Notes: generated by a model from the letters alone, not told the origin. Counted from the stretch's first letter, positions 50,956 through 63,668 are shown. The stretch: DNA of 64,000 nt from Lingula anatina (GCA_051362555.1 CM120641.1:124001-188000); one strand, 5' to 3'. Numbers and translations: made by a program.

Positions 50956-53900
50956 TCATCCTTTCAACTGCTTTTGTATACTCTGAAGGTACTCATAGTA
51001 AGACATACTGGCTTCTGTTTTATCTTCAACCATGTATTTGAAGAATTGCATTCTAGCTTTGCTGTCTTCCCTGCAAATGAACAAAATTAACCTGTGTGAA
51101 CTGCCCTTAGCCCTTTTATACTTTAGAAAACTTTTTATGAACATTCTTTTCTTTTTTTTTCACTAAGATATAAAATTCTAAAAATATCGAAAGGACCATG
51201 TGACCTAATGCCACAGATAACATACCTGACAACTAAGAACTTGGAGTGAAAAGGTCTCTGATCTTGTAAATAATTGATAAAATTCCTAAGCCGCTCAGAT
51301 GTTGGGTTTTCTAGTTCAGGAAGATCAGTCTGAAACGATAATCATTAATTAAATTCAGTAGCAAATGTGACTGAAATCATAAGGATAAAAAAAATTTATT
51401 AAATGAGACGTATCTTTTGTGATCTTTTTCTCTCAGTTTTTGTAAATGAACTTGGTAAAAAGTTGGGTTTCCCTACAATTTCACTGGCATTTAATATTTA
51501 ACTTTACAATATTTAAATAAATGTCCACCCTCACCATTCCGTCTGGCACTGACAAAAAGTTAGGTTTGTCCAAGACCTCCTGACAAAAGAGGTCACTGAC
51601 GGCCCCGCCCACATACAGAAACATTTCGTCCCCAGCGTCCAGCAGGAAAACGCCCTGTCTGTCCAGGTTGGCCGAGGATAACTGAAGATGTGGAGGTTGA
51701 GGAATCATCTGGTCATCCTTACTGATGGAATTCTGGAACCAAAATAAAACAATTATAATGAAAGTAAAGTCTACTGGAGTTTATACCTCAAACAGTTCAC
51801 AAGTTTTTGTACAAGCAATTTAATATCTATTTCATATTTCTAAATGTGGAATTCTAAATTAGTTTTAAATTTCAACTATCTCATTGGCATTTTAAATCTC
51901 TTGACTGTCACTGTGGTTACTATTTTCAATGCTGAAAGGCAGGCATGAAATATGTGAAGATATTTGACATGATAATTAAAACTCAAACATACACTTTTTT
52001 GAAGGGCTAGTCCATGGGATTTTTCCAACCAAATTAAATTTCCTGAGGTAACAAACCGTTTTCTACTCATGGATATAATTAAGAGGTAATGACTGGAACT
52101 AAACCTAATTACCTTATCCTCCAGATTGTGCACAGGGTACATACTGGGATACAGCTTTAACAAGATATAATTAAGAGGTAAAGACTTGCACATCTCCATA
52201 AAGAACACACGGTCATCCAACTTTGTGCTTACTCCAACCCTGAAGGCAGCCTAGAAATAAGTTATTGATATATTATATATACTTGTGTAATGTTATCCCC
52301 TGTGTTATCAGTAAGAATATTATATAAACATGAGTGGTGTATTATATTGTTTCCTGTGTAAGAAGTGATACCATTTATAAATACTGCAAAAATCATTTTT
52401 TTAAATCTGACAAAATATTTTTAAACAGATTTGCAAACAAAAAGCGTGTAATAAAAATGCACTGAACATGAGTGGGCCATACAAATAACAAGAAACCAGG
52501 ACTTCTGTTAAAATTGAATATGTCAACATTCTAAGGAAGAGATTCCACAAACAGATCTTGAAGGTAAAAAAAAAATCAACAACAATCATGTAACACAAGC
52601 CCACTTCTACATTCCAATTCCCTGTAATACTCACAGACTTGAGCAAGGCCAGTGTATACATTGGGAGTAACCTAATAGAGTAACAGCAAGGAAGGGTGCC
52701 TATCCTTTGAGAGGCTGGAATACTGCTGGCATATGCACTGATTGCGTCCATGCAAGCGTTAACCATAGCCTCGCGGGCATCCATCAGACTAGAACTGAGC
52801 GACCTGTCCACAGCTACGAGAAAAAAAGTCATCTGTTAGTGTTACCACTGTCAATTTCAAAGACATGTCCATTAGACTAAACCTGTTGCAGATAGCTTTT
52901 TACTGGAGTCATTACATAACAATCTTGTCATAAAAAGAAATAAGCTCAGCTGTCTCACAGTAGTTACTTGATGTAAATTATGTAGATTGTGTGTGCATAC
53001 CAGCATAAGAGAGCATCTTTATGGAAAGTGACAATGTGGCACATCTAGACCAATTACTTTAGATATCACATAATGCAATATTGCTATGAAGTACCCATGA
53101 AGTACCCACCCATCTTAGGCAGCAATCCTGCTAACAAACCCAAGAAGTACCCACCCATCTTGGCCAGCAATCCTGCCAACAAACCCATGAAGTACCCACC
53201 CATCTTAGCCAGCAATCCAGTTAACAAACCCATGAAGTACCCACCCATCTTAGCCAGCAATCCTGCTAACAAACCCATGAAGTACCCACCCATCTTGGCC
53301 AGCAATTCTGCTAACAAACCCATGAAGTACCCATCCATCTTAGCCAGCAATCCTGCTAACAAACCCATGAAGTACCCCCCATCTTAGCCAGCAATCCTGC
53401 TAACAAACCCATGAAGTACCCACCCATCTTAGCCAGCAATCCTGCTAACAAACCCATGAAGTACCCACCCATCTTAGCCAGCAATCCAGCTAACAAACCC
53501 ATGAAGTACCCACCCATCTTAGCCAGCAATCCTGCTATGGCCTGCTGGTCAGCACCAGAGAAGACATCAGTCAACTGGTTGGTCACTGGCAAACACAAGT
53601 TGTGGACACGGATCCTTCTCTCCCCTTTACTGGACGTATACAAGAGAGCTGCCTGAAAACTCACTGTGGAACTCTCATGCAAATTGTCCTCTATGGAAAC
53701 CTGCATGCCAAAGCCAGCGTCTGGGTTGATGTTGGGTAAGCTAAGGAGATCCGTGGACCTCACAAAGAAATTACCATGAAAGGTATGGATACTTAAACCT
53801 AAAAGCAAAGAGGAATCAATTGTATGCATTGGCCTTGAAGAGACAACGCTTTTTTTTTTCACATTTAATTTAGAAAGTGTTTGTTCAGAAAGATTTGTGT

Positions 53901-56900
53901 TTACCTAGCGAGTGCCCTTTAACTTCACTGGGGCTTTCGCTAAATGTAATCAGATTATCAGACTGACATGCTGCCTCCTGGCATTATCTAGGATACAAAA
54001 ATGTTGGTGAATATCCAAGTTGGAAACAAGAAGAGTCTTACAGCCCGTTATCTGATTGCATTTAGCGAGAGTGCCTGTGGAGTAAGTGCACATAGCTAGG
54101 TCGACATAACTCATTGTGAATGGTCCCTTACCTAGCTGCTGTAATGTAATAACTTAAAGACAAAATACAAGCAATTTAATTTGAGAATGAAAATATAAGA
54201 AATGTTGCTACTACTTATAAGATTAATTAAACACATATAATTTTTTATTATCATTATTTCTTTATTTATAACATAAAAAAAAATAATAAAAATTTACCTT
54301 TTGTGCACCTTACTCTCATCACAGACTCAAACCCTATCTTTCTGGTCAGATACCTCCTCAGGTCGTTCTCAAACCTCTCCACCTCAGCGGGATTCGCCAC
54401 AGAGTGCAGCATGGGGTAGTAGTGGAGGTCACCCCCTGAAAACTTGGATGCACAAGCTGGAACAAGAAAGATAAATGCTTTAACTTGACTGCATTTTAAT
54501 ATGATATCCCCTACTGGAAGTATTTAAAGATGTATTTCATTCAGATATGTACACAGGTATAAGTCTAATGAGTTTCTGCAGTTTTAATGGAAACTCTTCA
54601 TTCTCCCCACCTTTGCACAGACCCCCCCCCCTACTACCCCCTCTCCCCCCCCCCCCCCCCAACCCCCCACGTGCCCCAGATATCTAAATATATATATATC
54701 TAAAGAACAACATGTAAATACTATGTAACTCATCCAGTCATGTTCACATTAAGATATGCCATTAATATTTTTTACTGGACTAACATCTCTCTATTTGATG
54801 TTGCATCTCCTTCTGTAAATGTAACTATACATGAGAGGGCAGAACAGCTGAGCATTAACAAACAAGGGGGGGGGAGGGGTGCATTTCTTCCTATATGGGA
54901 CAAGGTGATCAATTATCTTCTGTGCTATGGGCGGCGGTTTATACAAAAATGCAAAACACGATTAGTCGTCATCGTTATCAGATCAGTCGAAATGAAAACA
55001 CGATTAGTCGTCGTCGTTATCAGATCAGAAGGCAAAATACGACTAGTAGTCGTCAAAACGCAACTAGTCATCAAAACGCAACTAGTCATCATCAAAACGC
55101 AACTTGTTATCATAAAAACGCAACTAGTCATCATCAAAACGCAACTTGTCATCATCAAAACGCAACTAGTCATCATCAAAACGCAACTAGTCATCATCAA
55201 AACGCAACTAGTCATCATCAAAACGCAACTAGTCATCATCAAAACGCAACTTGTCATCATCAAAACGCAACTAGTCATCATCAAAACGCAACTTGTCATC
55301 ATCAAAACGCAACTAGTCATCATCAAAACGCAACTTGTCATCAAAACGCAACTTGTCATCAAAACGCAATTTGACGCCAGATGGCGCCCATTGTACGAAA
55401 ATCTAGGCCAAGTCACATGATCCACAGTGATCAAAATGGCGGACGTTATTGAAGCAGCATTATCATATTCCTCGCTCGAACTCGAGAATTATCTCGAGTT
55501 CGAGATATTATTATATATATAATATCATTATTAGATTGTACGCGTAGAGATAATTCTCAAGTTCGAGCGAGGAATATGATAATGCTGCTTCAATAACGTC
55601 CGCCATTTTGATCACTGTGGATCATGTGACTTGGCCTAGATTTTCGTACAATGGGCGCCATCTGGCGTCAAATTGCGTTTTGATGACAAGTTGCGTTTTG
55701 ATGACAAGTTGCGTTTTGATGATGACTAGTTGCGTTTTGATGATGACAAGTTGCGTTTTGATGATGACTAGTTGCGTTTTGATGATGACAAGTTGCGTTT
55801 TGACGACTACTAGTCGTATTTTGCCTTCTGATCTGATAACGACGACGACTAATCGTGTTTTCATTTCGACTGATCTGATAACGATGACGACTAATCGTGT
55901 TTTGCATTTTTGTATAAACCGCCGCCCATACTGTGCTTATTACATCACAGAACTGGGAGTATTTCACCAGTATTCTCAATGGACCAACCAAGGTCTCTGA
56001 GAGTCCCCAAGAGTGCCCCACAACCTACCTATAGACATTATGTCTGCATACTGCCCATTGAACAGACCCACAACCTACCTATAGACGCTATGTCTGCATA
56101 CTGCCCACTGAACAGACCCACAACCTACCTATAGACGCTATGTCTGCATACTGCCCACTGAACAGACCCACAACCTACCTATAGACGTTATGTCTGCATA
56201 CTGCCCATTGAACAGACCCACAACCTACCTATAGACGTTATGTCTGCATACTGCCCACTGAACAGACCCACAACCTACCTATAGATGCTATGTCTGCATA
56301 CTGCCCACTGAACAGACCCACAACCTACCTATAGATGCTATGTCTGCATACTGCCCACTGAACAGACCCACAACCTACCTATAGACGCTATGTCTGCATA
56401 CTGCCCACTGAACAGACCCACAACCTACCTATAGACGCTATGTCTGCATACTGCCCATTGAGGAAGAAGATATCCACTGCTATCTGCTGAGCAGAGCAGT
56501 CCAGTGCATACTTCTTGTAAAAGTCTGTGGCAGGGCCTAGGTGGGCTACAGCCTAGTAATAAAAAGCACATATTAAATAGTATTATCTTATTCAATAATT
56601 GTAGAAGTCTGTGGCAGGGCCTAGGTGGGCTACAGCCTAGAAATACAATATAAATAATAAATATTATCATATGAAATAAATAAAAAATGCAATCATAATT
56701 TTACTGTCATAACTGCTATTAAATAAACATTTGTAAAATACACCATACACTCTACATTGGCAGCTTATTTGCACTCAACAGTCAAGATTTAATTTTGTAA
56801 CAGTTTTTATTAATAAACACAGAAATGTTGAAAACACACTGCCACGTTCAACTATCAAATCCATAACTTCATCACTGCTATTCTTGCAACACTGTCCACT

Positions 56901-59900
56901 GCCTACCTTGCCAGCCCTAGCGTTGGGATCCTCTCTGGCTTGCAGTGACCCAGGCCCTACTGAAGGCAGACAGGTTTGGAATACTGATATCCTACCCCCA
57001 GTGGCTGTCTGAACAGAGAATTATATCAACAATTAGAATACTGTGGATATATCAAAGATATTACTACAGACAGGTCTGGAATACTGATATCCTACCCCCA
57101 GTGGCTGTCTGAACAGAGAATTATATCAACAATAAGAATACTGTGGATATATCAAAGATATCACTACAGACAGGTCTGGAATACTGATATCCTACCCCCA
57201 GTGGCTGTCTGAACAGAGAATTATATCAACAATAAGAATACTGTGGATATATCAAAGATATTACTACAGACAGGTCTGGAATACTGATATCCTACCCCCA
57301 GTGGCTGTCTGAACAGAGAATTATATCAACAATAAGAATACTGTGGACATATCAAAGATATTACTACAGACAGGTCTGGAATACTGATATCCTACCCCCA
57401 GTGGCTGTCTGAACAGAGAATTATATCAACCATCAGAATACTAAAAACTTAATAATAATGATAAAGATGACAACTGTTATTTCAATTTTTTTTATTATAA
57501 CAAGAAAAGAAACATAATATGTAAAGAATAATAAAAAGTATGTACGCTGATATGCCCTAAAGTACTTCCTTTTCCAACAAAAGAAATTCGATTCTCATGG
57601 CTCTTACCATCATTTTAAGCCCCGCCTGCATAGCTGCCCCCAGGGCACTGTTGGTTTCCTTGTTGCCTTCAAACATCTTGGGTAACTGACTCAACAGATC
57701 TTTGACCAAGTCTTTACAGTCCCTTAAGTTTGTTAGAAGACCATCAGGCATAGGCAGAAATACATCTGAAATATTGACTACCTTAATGAAATTAAAATTT
57801 TCAATAACCAAGTTATGTTGTTGCAAGTTTAGATGTTCAGTACTCATTAGTTGCAGCACATATGAAATATATTTTATGGCACACACTTCACTGAAGGATA
57901 TGAACAAGACAGTTCTCTATAGTCATGACACATGTCAAATATATTTCATGGTACACACTTTACAAAAAAATATGTAAATGCTTTGGTTTTAACCCTTTCG
58001 TCATTAAATGAAGCCTAATTAGACTAACCACATCATGTTTTATGTAAGCAATGCTCTTAGACCAATACCATATCAATAGTCCACCTTTTGTAGCAGGCTA
58101 TCCAATATGAGCAGTCTAACCAATAGCATTCCTTACCTTCAATATCAGACACCACCAGTAGCTGAGGCGCTGAAAGTCCTTCAGATAAGTTGAAGAAGTA
58201 TAAAGAGGAGTCGTAGGTTATAAAGCCCACCAGTGTGCGGGCATCGCCAGGAATACGGTCCAGTTCATCGTCCAGAATTTGGCAAAATGAGGACAAGTAC
58301 CCTGAAATTACAAATTATCGTAAACCATTATGATTTCTCTTCCACATTAAATCTAAGGTTCTGAAAGTTTTGGGAATTGCTTACAGTTCTGACAGAGCCT
58401 AAATTCCAGAATTTGACAAAAAAAAAAGATAAATATCAAAAAACCATAAACTATGATATAATAATATGTTACAGTATCCATCAAAGATCTTTGGCAATTG
58501 TTTTTTGTCATCAAGTTAAGTTCTTGTCTATAGCACTTCCTAATGCATATACTCTAAGGAATGTATGGGACATAAATTCAGAGGTGGGTTTAAGGGCATT
58601 TTAACTTAAAACAAATACAAAATTCTGCAGAAACAACATGGGACAGTTGCTGAACAATTTAAACATATTTAATCCACACCCACCTGTTGATATTGCATTA
58701 AATGATACATCCAACAGAAACAAATATACTGCTGGCTGGGGAGGCCGCAGCTGAAAGTTCAATATCATTTCTTAGATTAATATTTAAGAATGTTTTTATA
58801 TTCACTTATCACAGAGTACAGAGCTTTATATAAAACCTTAAACTGTATATGTAAGAAAATGACAAGTCAGAGACTAATGCATCACATTCTTGTTTTAAAA
58901 CTTTAAGAGGACATGTCAACTTTACTAAATTTTCATCACTTTTTAAATCAATCCTAATTTTAAGGTATTGCACTTCCATTTCAAAATACTTTGCAATTTA
59001 CAAATCTAATTGAAAATCAAGGATAACACCTTCCACCAAACAAACAGAGCAACTAGCTATTAACAATCAATCATTGGCGATCACCACAGGTCACTCACCA
59101 TGTATTCGGAGGAGGCTATAAATTAACAATCAATCATTGGCGATCACCACAGGTCACTCACCATGTATTCTGAGGAGGCTATAAATTCAATCGTTGCTGA
59201 TTTCATTTCTGGCCTTCTCATTGGGTCCCCAAAAGTTTTACTAACTGGGTCATACTGGAACTCTTCAGGGGCTGGAGGAAAGTAATTGGGGAGAATTTGA
59301 ACCAGTGATTTGTGCTGTGTAGAAAGCTGTACATTCACATAAAATAACAGGTGCACGATATGGCTTACCCCATCAGGTTCTGCAACAACAATTTCCATGG
59401 AGGCAAAACACATCTTCAATCTTCTTTGTAAATGAGCGCCATACATTTTGCTCACAGGATCATACATATTCTCAGAGACTAAATTTAGCATATTTAGAAT
59501 TTATAATTACACTTAACTCTCTACTAAATTGGTTACAGCCTGGCAAGGATAGGTTACTAACCTACCAAATTTACCCATTTACTATAATCAAAGCATTAAA
59601 AAATGTGATAATTCACATTAACTATCTCTAGAGATGGCTTTGCAAAGTTTTTTAAACTGAAAAAAATCTTTACACATGCTATAGAACAGGAGCTTAACAA
59701 AGTCTACTGAGGCTGATGAGAGTTTAGTTTCCTCTTATTTCACTTTTACTTTAAGAGTGTTCCAGTGAATGGTTTCAAGGTTTTCCCCACTGTGTTCTAC
59801 TTTACCTTCATTGATCCTATAACACAAGTTGCACTTCCACCTTCTATTGTCTATGAAAGCCACAAATGGATTAATGTACGTCCTACACGACCGACAGCGC

Positions 59901-62900
59901 ACGATGACACTGGACTGGATAACTGGCAGTTGCTGCAATACAAGATAAAAGTAACTAACAAGGGTACATTGCCACAAGCACCACACCTAGACCCAAGCAC
60001 TGATAAAGCCCAAAATTTACGTGGAACGAGTTGAGATTATATGTGACCTAAATCAAAGAGATGGGTCTGGGGCTCTTGTATTTTACGAGAAGCAGTAACG
60101 GTGACAAGGCGGCAGAGCCCGTGGATACAGCAGACGCGATGGGTCAGGACTAAAACTATGCGTACTGCCAACTCTGCACTGGTGGTACAATTTATCTACA
60201 AATCAATATTTTTTATAAACATTTAATCTTAAAGTCAGGAAGTTTTTCTTAAGCACCTTGCGGAAACAAGCAGGTGGTATGCACTTAATTAGTAGATCAA
60301 AACTGTTATCTGATTGGATAATATAAATATTCTTAATAACAAATGCACTTGGGTAGACTTACTGTCAAATCCTTAAATGGGTGAATTAATATACCCAGTG
60401 GTAGCCGTGCTTTATTCAGCAGTGACTGACTCTGTGGTATGGTAGTCAGTGTGCATCTAAATATACTGGAATAGGAAGAGAGAAACATTGGTTCAATATG
60501 AGTTTATTATAGATTACTACACATATCTACATCTAAATATACTGGAATAGGAAGAGAGAAACATTGGTTTAATATGAGTTCATTATAGATTACTACACAT
60601 ATCTACATCTAAATATACTGGAATAGGAAGAGAGAAACATTGGTTCAATATGAGTTCATTATAGATTACTACACATATCTACATCTAAATATACTGGAAT
60701 AGGAAGAGAGAAACATTGGTTCAATATGAGTTCATTATAGATTACTACACATATCTACATCTAAATATGCTGGAATAGGAAGAGAGAAACATTGGTTCAA
60801 TATGAGTTCATTATAGATTACTACACATATCTACATCTAAATATACTGGAATAGGAAGAGAGAAACCTTGGTTTAATATGAGTTCATTATAGATTTCTAT
60901 ATGTTTCAGTTGTTTCAGGATTCTGATATCAGTGAAATAAACAGGAAACTTTTCTCCATTGATGGTGAAAATTTTCATAGTTGTAACATCAATATCCTTT
61001 GTCTAATTGTAATTTTTCCAAAACTGATTTTCTCTTCAAAATTTGAGAGCACAGATTTTAGTTAAAATCCATTTTCTATTTTAGATTACACAGGCTGTAA
61101 AGTGAGTTGTTTTCCATGCTAACACATACACTGGTGGCTGAAGAGACATACTCACTCTGGACTACAGTTGAGCTTTTTAAAATCAGGAGCCAGGTTGGGT
61201 TTTACTGTCTCCACACCATCTGGAGGAATCACATTGCGCTCTTGTAGTAAATTCACAACTCTAGACTCTGGTGACTGGAAAATAACACAAACAATGATTA
61301 AGAAATAATAACACAACTTCAAATTGATAAAATAATACTCACTGTGTAACCTTAACATGTCTATCTTAAAATAATATAGCACATTTAAAACTATTGGTTA
61401 TATAAACAATGAAAAAGACAAATAAGATACAATGTATCTGTGGTGCTATTTGAAACAGCTATTTTAGTTATCTACCCTTTAGGAGCACTTACCTGGAAAT
61501 TTAGTTTGCCAAAACTAGAGTTGAGGCCATCTCCATAGGGCATACTATTGCCCATCTGTCCCGTCTGTCCCTGGGGCTGTGGATACCCTGGTGTACTCCC
61601 TGGGGTAAATCCCCCGTGGGGCTGCTGGGTGTAAGGACCCCCCATTATTCCAGGACCTGTGGGTGGGGGTGGCTGACCAAACCCCTGTCCTGGGGGCTGA
61701 AGGGGAGGCTGTCCATATCCTTGACCTTGCTGAGATGGAGGCTGTCCATATCCTTGACCTTGCTGAGATGGAGGCTGTCCATAACCTTGAACTTGCTGAG
61801 ATGGAGGCTGTCCATATGTTTGAGGCTACAAATGAAAAAAGTTCAGTATCGTCTGAACCAATTAAATAAAATAATGATATGTCAGGAAATAAACAATTTT
61901 TGTATATAAAAACATGATGATTTTGACACAGGGAAATTAGTATGATTATATTCAAGGAAATGGATAGAAATATGGATGTTTAATTAACCTCAAATGAAAA
62001 ATTGGGGTGGTCATAAAAATTGTTTCCTTTTTTCATCATCAGCACAATTACTGAGATAATAGTCCATGGAAATAACTTCTTAAAATGAGCAATCATTAAT
62101 CAATGTTACCAACTAAGCATATAATATATCCTTCTGTTCACCCAGAGGCTCAATACTACATTTTTATAGGATTCATTTCATGTTATTTACAGATACATCT
62201 AGGTCATATTACAAGTCTTCTATTCAATAAGAAACATTTCCCAAAACTAACATACTCCCATAGGAATAAATTCCCATCCCTATAATTCCTCCCCTCCCCC
62301 ACGCCTTTGCCTTACCATCTGAGGGTACTGTCTCCTGCCTGTGATCCCTGCCTTCATCTCCTGGGGAGGGGGCGTGGCTGATGGGGGAACACCTGCATGA
62401 TTAACAGGACATGTATATCAAGATCTCGTTAAAGGGGCATACAAAAAAACAAGGGAGAGTGCTATCAAAGTTGTTGAGATGATATAAGAATTGTGTTTAA
62501 AATTGTTTATCTAAATTAATCATAAGTCACAACACGATTTCAACTTAGTTTTTTGTCCATTCTATGCGTTTGGTTTAACCCTCTGCTGTTTTCGAAAACA
62601 GCTTGCACGTGCACGCCTCACTCACTGTGTGTGCACCTTTTAGATCTAATACTATCAGGGCTACCTAACCAACACAAACCTGGAGTGTTCACAAACTGTC
62701 CTTCTAACACATCATATTGTTGGTTAGGAACAGGAGAAGAATCCCGTGAAGATTTCTCAGATGGTGGTTCTAAGAAGAAAAAGAGAAACATGATTTAATT
62801 AAGATCAGCTAGTTCCATTCCAGTTTTAAATATAAAGGGGCGATTCTGTTAACGATACAAGAATATGTGGGGTTTTGGAAGGTAAACCAGAAATCATAAA

Positions 62901-62963
62901 ATCTACGACAGACATCAAAACATTTTTTCACAAACATACATTACCAATAAAGATAAAATTCCA

Positions 62964-62997
<34 letters not shown>

Positions 62998-63530
62998 ATG
63001 CAACGTTTCAATAATGATCAGCTAAAAACAAAACCCACTAAAAATGTCAATTAGTGCAAATGCCTTCTCCTGAGAGCCAAAGCAGCCACAACCTACACAC
63101 ATTTTCAAATTAAGTTGCACATGCTTTTATGTTTTACCCACCAAGTATTTTATCCTCTTGTTTAAATTAATACACTGGCCTGCCTAACTAATTTTCAGCA
63201 TAACCCATGTTCTACAAGTCTAAAAATTGTTCACACAACCCAGGAACACTCCACACAATACTTACAATATACTTGGTTTTGGTATATAACAGAAAAACTG
63301 ACTGGTAGTTAGGGAGGCCAGATACAGTTCATTTGTTGTTATAAAATGTACCCATGTAAAAAAAGATTTTCTTTCCAAAAATTACAGATAAATGACGTGA
63401 GAGTTAGTAAAGTTGGGAGTACCTGAGCCCAGAGGGGTTGGTGTAGCACTGTTCGGATGATAAGCAATTGTGTGTGAATAAGTCGCCTGACCATGAAACG
63501 GCTTAGGCAGCTCATTAGGTGTAGTACGAC
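50956..63530 (-). CDS. SEC24: SEC24A/B-type COPII cargo adaptor, 5' end probably beyond the window; exons approx. 63423-63530 (tentative), 62317-62392, 61493-61825, 61156-61274, 60363-60465, 59806-59932, 59162-59271, 58684-58750, 58137-58281, 57608-57765, 56907-57008, 56429-56552, 54298-54456, 53514-53798, 52634-52813, 52113-52250, 51535-51732, 51227-51329, 50956-51070
   Basis: Zn finger IVRCRSCRTYINPF..WKCNLCYRIN, SEYMLRPPQPAVYLFLLDVS, HGNFFVRSTDLL, FQAALLYTSSKGERRIRVH, gelsolin-like LQLSSANLDRQGVFLLDAG, EDKTEASMSYYEYL; Pro/Gln-rich N-terminus. Confidence 0.95.
53087..53536 (-). repeat. 45-bp tandem repeat (~10 units) of SEC24 exon end plus donor
   Basis: AGCAGGATTGCTGGCTAAGATGG|GTGGGTACTTCATGGGTTTGTT; true donor after 53514. 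Confidence 0.95.
53895..54110. mobile_element. MITE-like element with imperfect inverted repeats
   Basis: cctagc..tcgctaaatgtaatcagat (~53904-53956) vs atctgattgcatttagcga..gctagg (~54050-54100). Confidence 0.55.
54926..55930. mobile_element. Foldback/palindromic non-autonomous DNA transposon with 6-bp TSD (IS3EU-like termini)
   Basis: Termini TATGGGCGGCGG..CCGCCGCCCATA; direct repeat CTGTGC at 54920-54925 and 55931-55936; arms inverted throughout with 21-bp subrepeats catcaaaacgcaactagtcat; ~50-bp spacer near 55496-55546. Confidence 0.9.
56019..56460 (-). repeat. 50-bp tandem repeat (~9 units) of SEC24 exon end plus donor
   Basis: CAATGGGCAGTATGCAGACATAGCGTCTATAG|GTAGGTTGTGGGTCTGTT; true donor after 56429. 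Confidence 0.95.
56967..57442 (-). repeat. 100-bp tandem repeat (5 units) of SEC24 acceptor plus exon start
   Basis: ..ttctctgttcag|ACAGCCACTGGGGGTAGGATATCAGTATTCCA.ACCTGTCTG; gtggctgtct recurs at 57001, 57101, 57201, 57301, 57401. Confidence 0.95.
59369..59478 (-). CDS. SEC24: SEC24 alternative duplicated exon (110 nt), paralogous to 59162-59271
   Basis: VSENMYDPVSKMYGAHLQRRLKMCFASMEIVVAEPDG vs APEEFQYDPVSKTFGDPMRRPEMKSATIEFIASSEYM; ttag acceptor, gtaagc donor, same length and phases, no stop. Confidence 0.65.
60454..60895 (-). repeat. 76-bp tandem repeat (~6 units) of SEC24 acceptor plus exon start
   Basis: ..tttctctcttcctattccag|TATATTTAGATG; catctaaata recurs at 60454, 60530, 60606, 60682, 60758, 60834. 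Confidence 0.95.
61704..61816 (-). repeat. 33-bp coding repeat (YGQPPSQQGQG)x3 in the SEC24 low-complexity N-terminus
   Basis: ggaggctgtccatatccttgaccttgctgagat repeated within exon 61493-61825. Confidence 0.8.
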
Positions 63531-63668
63531 CTGCAACAACAATGCTTGACATATATATATATGTATACTGATATACTGACTGTTCACACAGTAAGGAGGC
63601 ATGCCAGGAGAGAGGATGAGGAGGACAGTCTTTCATGCTGTCTACATAGATGTAGATATATGTTTGTA

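Noticed and set aside
54740-56021. ORFs with KTQLVII / QNATSHH repeats on both strands
   Set aside because: Products of 21-bp subrepeats in the palindromic transposon; no transposase motifs.
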